The translations under genes and the position numbers were made by a program. A DNA stretch of 64,000 nt, taken from Chrysomallon squamiferum. Its lineage: Eukaryota > Animalia > Mollusca. Of the stretch, positions 41,201-51,930 are shown one piece after another. The stretch lies in assembly GCA_012295275.1 (NCBI GenBank), contig CM022679.1:30380001-30444000 (forward strand). Direction: 5' to 3'. A model generated the notes under the pieces. That model worked only from the letters and a program-made list of their open reading frames with translations, did no database searches and was not told the origin of the DNA. Every line of letters begins with the position of its first letter. Within the stretch, counting starts at the first letter, position 1.

Positions 41201-44200
41201 AAGCTGCAACTCAATTTGTGGAATCTATCTTGGAGGATATAAAAATAAAAGTCACAACACCTGATGAAGCACCTATTGATGAATCCTCAGATGAAGAAGA
41301 ACCAGCTCTTGCTCAGGATTATGGTTCTGATAATGAAAGAACAGGCAGTGAATCGGAAGCAGAAGATGATGAACTTCAGCCTCTTCCTTCTGCATCAGAA
41401 CATTCTACACCTTCTTTAGTGAAACAGATATCAGAGGACATACCTGAGATAACAATAACACAGCACATGAATCCTGAGGAAGAGAGTGATGATGATGAAG
41501 AAGCTCCAGAGTACCATGCTCGAGAGCAGGGTGAAAAAACAGAAGAAGTAGTGACAGACATTATTGAAAGAGAGTTAACACAGCAAGCTGAGTGTGTTCC
41601 AGAGCAAGAGGAGGAGGAAGAAGAAATAGTAAAAGCAGAAACGACAGGTCAACAAACTGCAGCAGTTTCCTATGCTTCTGAAATAGGTGAGGATAGTGTT
41701 GAAGGTGTTGTTGAGGAAACTGTTGTAATGTCTCGTGAGTTTGCTGTTGAGTGTGTCCCTGAAGCAGAGGATGATGAAAAGGAAGTCAAAGAGGAAACTG
41801 TTGTTGCTACTAAAACAGAGAAAACTGAAATGGGTCTATGTCTGGGTACATTGGGTAGGAAAAAGTATGACAGCACTGATGGTGAATATGAGCATTATTC
41901 TATTGACAGTAGTGAAGCAGTAAGAGAATGTTTTGATGGAAGCTCAGGCACAATGCAAGAAACAGAGGATATTGCTGAAAGTTCTACATCTGTTCCTTTT
42001 TTAGTGAAGACTGACTCAGAATTAGTCCCTGCAGTTACAAAAAGTGAAGAAACAAGTGTTTCTCCTGAAACTGTAGAGAGTGATTCTGGGTCAGGAACAC
42101 CAGAAAATGAACAGATTCCTGAATGGACAAGCACAGAAGGAGAGGATACCAAAGAAAAAAGCAAAATAGAAAGTCTTAAGGAAAAAATGGATGAGAATTT
42201 CGCTCTCCTTGTTGAAAAACGTCAAGAAGGAAAACCACAGGAATACTTTGACATGACAAGTCCTGAAGACCCTGGAGATTCATCAAGTGTGGATAGTTTT
42301 GCTACTGTCATTGCTGCTGAAGTGGAGGAGTCAGAGGAAGAACCAGTTGATGAAGATCAGGAAGATCGTCTTGCTGATATTGCATCCATGACTTCCTCTA
42401 TTCATTCAGACATGCTGCCTGCTACTACAGGAGAAACTGCTGATGACACAGCAGAGGATGACAGTGATGAGGCAGAGGAGCCTAATGAAATTTTAGAATG
42501 GCCAAGACCACCATATGAAAGGGAATCAGGAGAAAATGGATCTTCACTAGATGGAGATAGATATGAGTTTATTGACAGATCAGCTCTGTCGATAATTACT
42601 GAGATATCAGATGAAGATAAGTTTGAAATGATTGAAAAAGAAGAAGTGTTATCAGAAAGCAGTTTCTCTGACCAAATGCAAAGCTCCCCAGGAATTCAAA
42701 CACAGTCACCAGATATGCAGTCTCCAGAAATAAACAATTTAAAACATTCCAAAGCTGCAGAGAGAGATGACATTTCTGTTTCATCATCACTTCTTGAATT
42801 TGAAAAGTTAGAGCGAGAAGTTGCATATTCAGGTTCTGTCAGTTCAGTTGATGTTGCAGAAAAAGATAGTTTGGCTGATTCTGGTTCACTTGAGGACAGG
42901 AAATCATCAATCAGAACTGAGGAAACGGGTTCAATAGCTTCAGTAACTTCATCTCTAGCTGAGTTTGAAAGACTTGAACGAGAAATAGAATTGAGAGGCT
43001 CTGTTGGATCTGATCTTAGGGGTTCTCTAGGGTCACTAGATTTAATTACTCCAGAAAGCAATGGAGCTGGATCTTTGTCCTCACTCACTGAGTTTGACAG
43101 AAATGAAAGAGCCTGTGCCACAGACACTGAAGACAGACGAAGCTCACTAGAAAGCATGAGTCACCAAAGTGATTCATCATCCCGTGCTTCGTTGGCAGAA
43201 TTTGAACAAATTGAAAGAGAAATTAAATCTTCAGAAGAACTTGAAGCTGAAGCTCAAAAAATAGTGACAATATTAGAATCTGGAACTTTCTTTGTTTCAC
43301 AAGGCTATTCATCTTCAACTAGTCAGTCTAGAGAAGCTGATCTGGACAGAGATTCACTTGGCCGGAGGGCAAGTCTGGAACCTGACTCTTTGAGTGAAGG
43401 AGATAAAGTTGGCCCTATCGATGCTGATTCTTTGGATGGTGATACCTCAGAGTTGACAGAAGATATGACATCTAGTGTAGTTTTTACTGGACCTGATTTG
43501 GCTTTGACACAGGTTTCAGGGGAATGTCCTCCTGTTTGTGAGGTTGATACTGACTCTTTGCAAGGGGAGTCTCCTTTACAAGGAGAGTCTCCTATGCTCC
43601 TGTCATCTGACTCTTTAGGTGAACACAGACTGGAAGTCCAAAAACATTCAGATAAATTTGATGATGACTCTTTGCACGAGCAGGATGATGCTTTGGATAG
43701 GTCTGCTGATTCTATTGAATTAGGATTACAGTTGGAAAAACCTGTAATGGAAGGATCTGCTGATTCCTTAGAACTGGAAACCCAGCTGAGAAGTGAACAT
43801 AGTCCACTTAGTGGATCTGAACAGCAGCTCATGGACAGATCAACAGACTCTTTAGAGTTTGAACAGCAACAGCAATTTGATGATGACTCATTACAAGAAA
43901 AAGATGTCATGCAGTCATCAGCTGATTCTCTTGAACTAGAACAGTGTGAACAAACCAGTGTGAACATTATGGACATGTCTGTAGAATCTGCTGCCTGGAG
44001 CAGTTCAGGTTTCTCTCACTCTTCAGAAGAGACTCTAAAGTCAGGAGGTTCTAGTCACTCCTATGACATGATGCAGGTCTCTTCAGAGTCAGCAGAGTTC
44101 AAAAAGTATGTTGAATCAAAACGAATCGAGGAATACTCCAGCAGCAGCACACTGTCTGGCTCAGACAGTCATGTCAGATACACAACGTCGAGCAAACAGA

Positions 44201-45756
44201 AAACATCAAAATCATTCTTCGACGACTACGATGACGGTTACACCGAAAAGAAAGAAGAACCCTTTCACTTTGACCTGGACAGGCACTCATTTTCTAAAAC
44301 CTCTTACCTCTCTCAGACAACCCCTTACCAAGAACCGAAAAAGGTCTACAATATGATTGAGTGGGAGGCAATGAAAGAAGCCAAACGAAAGGCAAAGCTT
44401 GCCGAACTAGAACAACAAGAACAAGAACAACAGCAATCACAACCCACTGATAACTTTCCTCAAGATGACAGGCCCACCCAGCCACCACGTGATGCATCTG
44501 ACCCAAAGTGTGACTTTAATCTGACCAGCCCTCTTCCCATGCCCTCTAGTGAGAAAGCATCTATAGGCCAGACACCTGGCAGCACTGAGTATAGTCAAGG
44601 TACTTCTAACTACTTCGTCACTCGGTTTCTGCTTCATCATGCAACTTTCATTCTCATCCTTCTCTGTATTTCATTTGACCGCATGTTTCATATTATATAT
44701 ATATTTATATTTTTTTTTTTTTAAATCCCTTGATTTTTTCAGTTTTTGTTTAATATTTGATGTATTTTGTTTCAGGTCTTTATTATTAGTATTTTTTTAA
44801 TTTTGTTTTTGTTTGATTTTGTTACCTATATTGTCATTATGTTTATATTTCACATCTTTTGCACTAATGTTGTAGTTCTTTTCTTTTTCTTTTGTTTCAG
44901 ATGTATATAGTATTTTAAATTCTGTATCTCATTATACTGTTTTTCAATGACTAATACAGGTTCTCAAATGAAGCAGCCAAGGATTGTAACTTGTTACAAT
45001 TTCCAGGAAAGTCAACCATATACACAATAAATACAGCTGACAAAATTAAAATATTTACATTTTTTTTTTGACCTTAGCCATAATCACCAAGCATGAAACA
45101 TAATGTTTTAGATGAAGAAATTTGGGTTGGTTTTGAATCATGGCTGCAAATCCAATTTTCTAAATCATTTCATCAAGACCAAGCAAGAAGTGTGTATCTT
45201 TATAGATGAAGAAAGTTGAAATCTGGCATGTTTTTCTGTCAAGACAGGTGTAATGTTTTAAATGAAGACATTTTGGTATGTTTTTAATTTGTTTCTAGAA
45301 GACAGAAGAGTGTGTTTTATTTTAAATGAAGAAATTTATATACTGATGTATTTTATAGCCTAAGAAGTAAAAGCAAACAAAAGGCATGTAATATTTTAGA
45401 ATAAGAAGTTTGGGTATCAGCTCATCTGTTGTGCTTTGTTTCTTAATGTTTTGTCGCAGATTTTAAAACTAAGCAAGAAAATGGCTTAACATGTTCATAG
45501 TCTTAGCTAAGTAATTAAGTTGGACAGGTAACATTACAGGCTAAATTTAGTTGTTTAATTATAAGCTGTACACATACTAACCACAGTCCAAACCAAAACA
45601 ACTGTTTCTGATTAGCATTATGAATGTAATTATTTCATAACCCATTTAAGAACTACATATATATGTTAGTATTACTTGGAAAAACAGTATTTTGAGCACT
45701 TGTATATTATCTTGTTTCTGTTTTTTCAGTTTTATTTATTAATTATTATTATTATA

Positions 45757-45794
<38 letters not shown>

Positions 45795-47690
45795 TTCTGT
45801 AGAAATTGCTAGTTAAAGTTCTTCAGCACATTATTTTCCCATCAAGCTTTCAACATCGTACCACTATTATTTTCCTGTTTATTCATTAGTTTTGTACAGT
45901 TTGGTTACATATTATTCTTAAGTTGGGGGAAAAACTACTTTTATTTTTTTTTTAAATACCCTTTTTTTCAGTGGTGTCATTTTATTTCATTCATTTGTAC
46001 CTGCACATTTTGGGCATGCCCATTCGTGTCAAAATAGTTGTTTAGATAAAAACTGCACAAGTAGTCAATGGTGCTTTTATATGTACACATACTCTTTGAC
46101 AATTTCTAGTCCGTTGGTATTAATTTTAAATTTAGCAGTTCTTTTGTTACTTCGATAATATAAATGATAGATTTGTCTTATAATTTAAAGTTAAGTTTAA
46201 TTTTAATTTTAGTAATTTTTTTCATGGTTTGAATCTTTAAGTTTTAGATTTATTTAATGGATACATTGTTAGAAAGTGTGAGTTGTTTACATTTTAGTAA
46301 AAGTGGTTAAAATAGGTTGAAAATAATTTAAATAGTAGGTAATGATTTGAAAAAACTATGTAATGTAACTTTAACTCTTAGAATTTATTATTATTATTTC
46401 TTTATTTATTTTTTATTTTTTTTTTTGTCAAAGTTTTATTATTTTATTTTGTTTATTTGTTCTGTAGTATTTTTTAAAGGAATTTGAGGAATATATTTTT
46501 CAAACAGGTTTTTATATATATATATAAAGTAATATTTTTGTAATCTTAAATCATTTTTTTTATTTTTTATTGTTTATATAATTTGTTTTTGTTTGATTCC
46601 ATTTCATGTTTGTTTTATTTTGTTTTTTATTTCATTTTTGTTTTGTTTTGTTTTCTTTATTACTTCAGTTCGTTTTGCTTTTGTTCATTTTCTTCTTTCA
46701 TTTTTATTTTATTTTTTATATTAAATATTTTTATAAAATACATAGAAATCTATGGTTAATAATTGAGTGACTTTAATACTGGTGTTTATTAATCTGTTCC
46801 ACTAAAAAAATTAAATAAAATCAGATTTGTAATTAGAAGCATCTTTGTTCATAATGTGGTTGCAAGCAAAACATTTTAATGTAACATTTAAACCAAAATT
46901 TGCATGCTGTTTTTCAAATTTCTGTTTGTCCAAATATAGGATTTGATATGTTAGAATGTGGCAATTATCAGTTTACATATTAATGAGAACAAAGCTACTA
47001 ATATAATAATGATAATAATAATAATATTTATAATAATAAAAGATTTTTGATTGTTTTTAAATGATATACCTGTGATTAATTTCAAATGAAATGTAAGATT
47101 TTAGAAATTGTACAGATCCTTACAAGAAAAAATCAGTTTTTTATTATTATTATTTTTTTCTTTTAAAGAAGATAAAGTCTGACATAGGTAAAATTAAATA
47201 TTTGTTGAGAAAACATTTATATGTATATATCAGATTTATATATATATATAGAGAGTAAACTAATTAGCTAGTTTGGGGAATTTGCAATTATATTTTTCAT
47301 AAGTCTGAATTATGCATATGATATCCCAGTGAGTTTTACCAAAATAATGCTACAATCTTGAATCAAAAAGATATTTCTTAACCTCTTTGTTCTGGTTTGT
47401 TTTTAAAAGCAGCGGAGGGAGAGGGTGATTTGTATGAAGATTCTGAAGATTCAGGTGCCAATCTTTTAATATATAAATGTTCATTTGTACAATATAAATA
47501 ATCATTTGCGTATTGTGAATATTTGTTTGCATATTGTAAATATTCATTAATATATTGTAAATAAGTAGAATCGATGTTGTAACATCTTATTCCATCTGCA
47601 CTTAACATTAGTTTTGTTTATATCTTGACTCAAATTTTATAATATTATTTTTTTCTCTTAGTTATTATTATTATTATTATTATTATTGTA

Positions 47691-47786
<96 letters not shown>

Positions 47787-50700
47787 TAATTTAGTTGAAA
47801 CAAAATGTTAAATACAGATTCTTTTACACTCAGTGTTGTAAAAAGATGTAGAATTAGAATATTGACAAAAGTTATCAAATTACTTTATATCTTTATATAC
47901 CGTCCATTTCCTGTCTATCCACAATTTTTATTTTATTTTTAAACCTTCTCCAGACAAACTGTAGCTTAGTGATTAAACCATTCTATTTAGGAATACACTC
48001 CATTCCCTAAAAGCTGCCAATTAATATTGGTGTAAATTGTTATTATTATAGTTTGGGTAGTTTGTTTTGAGGGGGAGTTTGTCTATTTTGTTTTTTTTTT
48101 TTTTTTTTTTTAAATGCAACCTCTTATATTTTCATATAAAATCAATCATAAACATTTTAGTGATTTTATTTGAAATCGCTGACTCATTAACAACACTGTA
48201 GTAAGAATGTGTTTATCAGAGATCAGCTAATGAAAGGGAAATTGTTTTAGTTTGGTGTAGGTCTAGGTTACTTTCAGCATGCTGTCATCAGAAGCACATG
48301 CATGCATGTTTGTCATGACACTTTCTGTTACATGTTGTACAAGATTGTTTTTGTCATGCTTCAGTTATTCCTCTTCTGATAATGACTGGTGGATTTTTTT
48401 GGAAAATTATTTCTGACCTCAACTGAACTGAACAGAAATATCAAGGTCATTCACAGAGCTTTATATGCTTGAAGATAACTTACAATCTTTAATAATAATT
48501 TTAAAAAACCCAGTTAATAATCATGATCAATAATTATCTTTGGTTCATCATTTTTTTTTTTTTTTTTTTTGTCCAAGCCATTTGCAGTTTACATAATAAA
48601 TTATCTTTGGAGAAATCATTATCATTATTATTAACATTATTATTAACTTTGAAAAGTTATGGGTTTGGGGGTGGCTTATAATTTTAGCAATAATTTTCAT
48701 GTACATATTCTTATTGGGTGGGGGTGGGTTTGTTATTTTGGATTTCTGCTTTAACAAGAAAAAAAAAAAAAATAATAAATAAAAACATGCTTGACTGTAT
48801 GCATACATATGTTTATGTGTGTGTGTCTGTATGACAGGTTTGTATAATCTGGGTTTTTGGGGTTCTAGAGGGTTGTGTTGTTTTTGAATTGTTCAGTACT
48901 GGGTTATTAAAGACTTGCTGTATAGTCTTGTTTCTGTTGTTAAGCTGATTTTGAACAGAATTCATACTAGTGATTGTTACATAATATTAGAAGTATTTTT
49001 TAGGTTTTGATTTTGCTGAATGTTGTGTTACACAACTGAATGCTGTTTTAGGTTTTCTAATGGTGCGTTTTAGAATTGTTGTGTGTCATGTTCACAGCTC
49101 CTGAATGCTGTTTTAGAATTAGTGGATGTTGTGTTTAGAATTGCTTTTTTTGTGTTGGATTGTTTTTTGTGGTGTGATATCAGAATTCAAGTGGCATGGT
49201 TAGTATTGGATGGATTGTGCTTGTTAGCTAATGTGAAAACTACAGAGTGTTTGCTATCAAAGGTACTGTACCAGTTATTTTCTTTTCAAAACCTCTCTGT
49301 TTATTTATTAATTTATCCTTTTTTGATCTCTTATCTTTTCTATTATTTTTTTCTCTTTTCTTTTTTTATAAATCTCTTCTTTTTCCATCTTATTTCTGAA
49401 CTATGAATTTTATTCATAAAAACTAAATTTTGATAGATTGGGGTTTATTAGGTTTTTTAAATCTAAAATTAAACAGTACTATAACACAAATATTTTTGAA
49501 ACAGAATAATATAAATATTATAAGATAGAATAATTACATGTTGCCAGATTTTATTTTAAATTTTTTTTTAAAAAGTTAATGTTTAAATATTATGTAGAAT
49601 TTTTCTTGTTTTCTCCATGTGTGGTCATGTGACTTGTTCTGTTGATAGGTTCCACTGATAGTCATGATGGAGCTCCGGCAGCTGGACGTAGCACTGACAC
49701 TGACACCACCAGGTAAATACATTCTTAATAAACAAAACAAAATTTTCTTTAGCATCATCACTAGAGCCCATCAGATCTTTTTATTTTGTATTTTGGATGT
49801 CGTATGTCAGTTTCTCTGAATTTTTGTTAAAAAACCTTTTCTTCAGCGACTTGTGCACTTTTATTGGCTGTGTCTTAGAACAGGATATACTGCTGTCCTT
49901 TTCATTCAGAAGAACAATTTTTATTAGCATCTAGTATTCTTTTTGTGCTATTACACACAGTGCACAGAGAAAACCTGCAACAAGAATTTTTTATAAGCTG
50001 TACCTTGGGACAGTATGTCCTTTACATCGGCAGCTAGGAATATTTTATCTACAGTTGCCCACTGACATAACAGTACATACCACTGGGTTTTTAAGAGATA
50101 ACCTACTTCATTAGCAGCTAGTATTCTTTTTCTGCTCTTATATAAATCTTTTCCAGATGAAAAACTATTTCATTAGTAGTAAGGATCCTTTCATTTAGCT
50201 CTTTTTTTCTGCCAGGATAGTATATGCATATCTTTTTCAGAGGAAATCTTCATCATTAACCACAGGGATTGTTTTTATGTGCTCTTTCACATATTTTATG
50301 AAATATCCCAAATAGCTATCTACAAGGGTTGTTCTTGTATCACAGCACATTACAAGTGTACTTTATTATCACTGGTTTATTCCACAAAAGTTACCCAAAT
50401 TGTGACTTCTCTTTATGTAGTGGTTCATTTCTTACAGTGTAAGTAGAAGTTAGGTGAAATAGTTTTGTAAATGTTGTAGTAAATAATTACCGGAGCTTTT
50501 TACTTCTTATCTTGGCCATTTTGTTTTCTCCATTATGCATCTCTCCACCTTTTGCTTTCTTTCACTGATGTATTTTTGCCATCTTTGTAAGTGTTACTTT
50601 TGAAGAAATGAATAAGTAATTCTTAGTTCCTAATGTCATGTTTGTTTACAGGGTATTTTAAACTATTATTTCCCTGTTATTTTATTTAGAGTGGTGATGA

Positions 50701-51631
50701 AGAAGGAGATCCACAAGAAAACTATAATTGGCGATGACGGACGAGAAGAAACGTACATCAAAGAGGAATCTCAGGTACAACAGGAGAATGACCCCCCAGA
50801 GGAGCTCAGAGGCACCATGCAGGTACATAGATGTGTGTGATTGTGTATGTGTGAGTGTGTGTGTGTGAAAAAGAGAGAGAGAGAGAAAGCATGTGAATGG
50901 ATACATTTACAGTAGTATACTGACTGGAAGTATACATATAATGCATCATATATCTGTGAGTGTGTACAAATGTGTGTGTAATTTTAACATAATATTATTA
51001 CAAAGAAGTGATAAATTAATTAATTATAAAAATGTTTAATGTTGGGATCAGTAAGAATACTGACAGACTTCAGAATATTAAACTTCCATTACAGAGAAAG
51101 ATGTATAAGTAAGATGAGGTGGACATGATATTTTGAGGCTGGTATACCAGTTTTATGAATTCATTTGTTTATTTATCAGCTTGTTTCTTTCAAGAATTTA
51201 CTTGTTTATTTACTAACACACTAGATATATATAGATATGTAAAGATTGTGTTTGTTTCTTTATGAAATTTCTTAAAAACCAGACCCTAACAAAGACAGAA
51301 TTCCCAAGAAACCAAATGATTTCTGTGCATCCGTAATTTATTAAGTAGAGGAATTTAAAACTTTGTTGATTTTTTTTCTTTGTTCTGACATTTTGGTTTT
51401 GAGAAGAATCACTGCTTGTTTGTTCATTTATTTGCTTACTTGTTATTGTTTATTTTAATTATTTTTGTTACAATCAGTTTAGAGTTTTATACAAGTGCAT
51501 ATATTTTGCTGCCTATTTGTTTGGATGCTTATTTATTTATTTTTTTATTTCAGGACATTATTGACCAGTTCATGGAGAGTGAACCAGTAATTCCACAGAT
51601 CAAGGATACCCACATGGATGATGATGTGTAA
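3531..51631 (+). CDS. 3' portion of a giant ankyrin-like gene (Ank2/UNC-44 type), 5'-truncated by the window; 13 predicted coding exons
   Basis: Phase-compatible GT-AG exon chain: 3531-8222, 13580-14636, 15480-15566, 17757-17873, 19761-19802, 21232-33411, 34260-34727, 36366-36452, 37040-44599, 47413-47454, 49649-49712, 50690-50822, 51554-51631(TAA). Giant acidic exons, SSLxEFExLERE and DSL repeats and the terminal PEELRGTMQDIIDQFM resemble what I recall of protostome giant-ankyrin tails. No ANK repeats are inside the window. Confidence 0.72.
3984..7650 (+). repeat. Coding tandem array, 30/33-nt units encoding KEPSPEL(V/I)E(E)R, roughly 100-110 copies
   Basis: Directly visible in DNA (aaggaaccaagyccagaactagttga) and protein; interrupted by TYVGIESSVDFPADTLxREEQY spacers. 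Copy number is estimated from length. Confidence 0.97.
13580..14636 (+). CDS. Coding exon with four ExLxDGxV-type motifs; contains a 1-nt frame break near 13819
   Basis: Acceptor gttccag|TC at 13579/13580 with gctaat branch-like site; donor AAAG|gtaaat at 14636/14637. Two overlapping ORFs (13558-13821, 13787-14644) have the same protein character; 1057 nt = 3n+1. Confidence 0.8.
15480..15566 (+). CDS. Candidate cassette micro-exon (87 nt) encoding ECRELPESGFAKRQVKKVTWMPGHVEMTA
   Basis: ctctag|AA acceptor, CAG|gtgaac donor, open phase 1-1 frame, higher GC than its flanks. The acceptor lies in a degenerate local repeat, which lowers confidence. Confidence 0.5.
17757..17873 (+). CDS. Cassette exon (117 nt) encoding VDRFTDYTDTPVITVTEDNSIPPDEDDYVAYFGIKVDRK
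   Basis: gctaac branch site, tttcag| acceptor, AAG|gttaga donor, open, phase 1-1, acidic composition and VDR motif as in neighbouring exons. Confidence 0.8.
19761..19802 (+). CDS. Micro-exon (42 nt) encoding ASLEQDKDIYPDAA
   Basis: Polypyrimidine tract plus aagcag| (NAGNAG) acceptor, CAG|gtacag donor, phase 1-1. Confidence 0.65.
21232..33411 (+). CDS. Giant exon 2 (~12,180 nt, ~4060 codons, phase 1-1), Glu-rich
   Basis: Uninterrupted ORF of more than 4000 aa, open upstream to a tagtagcag acceptor cluster (21223-21231); donor CAAG|gtagaa at 33411/33412. Confidence 0.9.
26980..30060 (+). repeat. Coding tandem array, ~48-nt unit encoding EEYKEPVETEQYEQEP, about 60-65 copies, degenerate extension to ~30560
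   Basis: Directly visible (gaagaatacaaagaacctgttgaaacagaacagtatgaacaagaacca). Copy number is estimated from length. Confidence 0.97.
34260..34727 (+). CDS. Coding exon (468 nt, phase 1-1)
   Basis: ttaaccag|AT acceptor, consensus GAAG|gtgagt donor, in frame with ORF 34325-34789. Confidence 0.85.
36366..36452 (+). CDS. Micro-exon (87 nt) encoding DFESGKDAMDKLSTSSSEVAQLEDVIDDK
   Basis: T-tract plus gccag| acceptor, AAG|gtacac donor, open, phase 1-1. Confidence 0.75.
37040..44599 (+). CDS. Giant exon 3 (7560 nt, phase 1-1), S/T/E/D-rich with SSLxEFExLERE and DSL repeats
   Basis: ttttcatag|AT acceptor, CAAG|gtactt donor, 2573-aa ORF, length divisible by 3. Confidence 0.9.
38052..38301 (+). repeat. 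Near-perfect 81-nt triplication encoding KSETQQTFETAEQITSRTESTETREEI
   Basis: Three consecutive, almost identical copies. Confidence 0.95.
47413..47454 (+). CDS. Micro-exon (42 nt) encoding AEGEGDLYEDSEDS
   Basis: aagcag| NAGNAG acceptor, CAG|gtgcca donor (weak), purine-rich island, phase 1-1. Confidence 0.65.
47662..47786. repeat. (ATT)n/(ATTT)n microsatellite; similar tracts near 8490, 12630, 45750, 59540 and 63696
   Basis: Directly visible. Confidence 0.9.
49649..49712 (+). CDS. Coding exon (64 nt, phase 1-2) encoding GSTDSHDGAPAAGRSTDTDTTR
   Basis: gatag| acceptor, CAG|gtaaat donor; supplies the phase change needed by the next exon. Confidence 0.8.
49890..50345. repeat. Cluster of degenerate repeat fragments, possibly relics of a SINE-like element
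   Basis: About five related copies of ..ttcattagcagctag(g)rwtcttttt..tgc.. near 49920, 50025, 50108, 50170 and 50252. The element identity is not verifiable here. Confidence 0.4.
50690..50822 (+). CDS. Penultimate exon (phase 2-0) encoding VVMKKEIHKKTIIGDDGREETYIKEESQVQQENDPPEELRGTMQ
   Basis: ttatttag|A acceptor, CAG|gtacat donor, open frame. Confidence 0.88.
51554..51631 (+). CDS. Terminal coding exon encoding DIIDQFMESEPVIPQIKDTHMDDDV*
   Basis: tttcag|GAC phase-0 acceptor and TAA at 51629-51631. Confidence 0.88.
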   Translation, partial: DIIDQFMESEPVIPQIKDTHMDDDV

Positions 51632-51930
51632 TCGCTATGACAACAGCCACACCATTTCACTAAATACATTTTTCTGGTGCTTTCTTCTGCAACATGGAAT
51701 GTCTACATTTTTCTTTTTTCCTTAAAAAGCTTGCCAGTGTTTTGTCTTGTTTGTGCATTTATTTTCGATGTAACTATCTATAAGGCATTCCTTTAAAAAG
51801 AAACAATAATAAATTTGTAATTTGTTCAGCACATAATGAATAAGAAAAGTAATTTTTAAAATTATTTGTTTGTTGAGTTTTTGTAAAGTTAAAACATTTC
51901 AATAAAAATTGTTCATAGTATGTAGAATAA
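51632..51930 (+). other. Proximal 3' UTR with candidate polyadenylation signals
   Basis: AATAAA near 51808 and 51901. The UTR may extend to ~53.3 kb; AATAAA is common in this AT-rich DNA. Confidence 0.4.

Noticed and set aside
44600-44724. Hydrophobic tail (FILILLCISF...IFIFFFF) suggesting a membrane anchor on the 2573-aa ORF
   Set aside because: It lies past a phase-compatible donor in T-rich intron sequence; read-through is possible but unsupported.
3725-44724. Treating the 1506-, 4000- and 2573-aa ORFs as three separate intronless genes or as titin-like
   Set aside because: Each is bounded by same-phase splice sites and links into one chain ending at 51631; no Ig or Fn3 domains are visible.
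44960-45030. Possible alternative terminal exon GSQMKQPRIVTCYNFQESQPYTQ* overlapping an AATAAA
   Set aside because: Poor polypyrimidine tract and a branch-like site abutting the AG; cannot be distinguished from chance.
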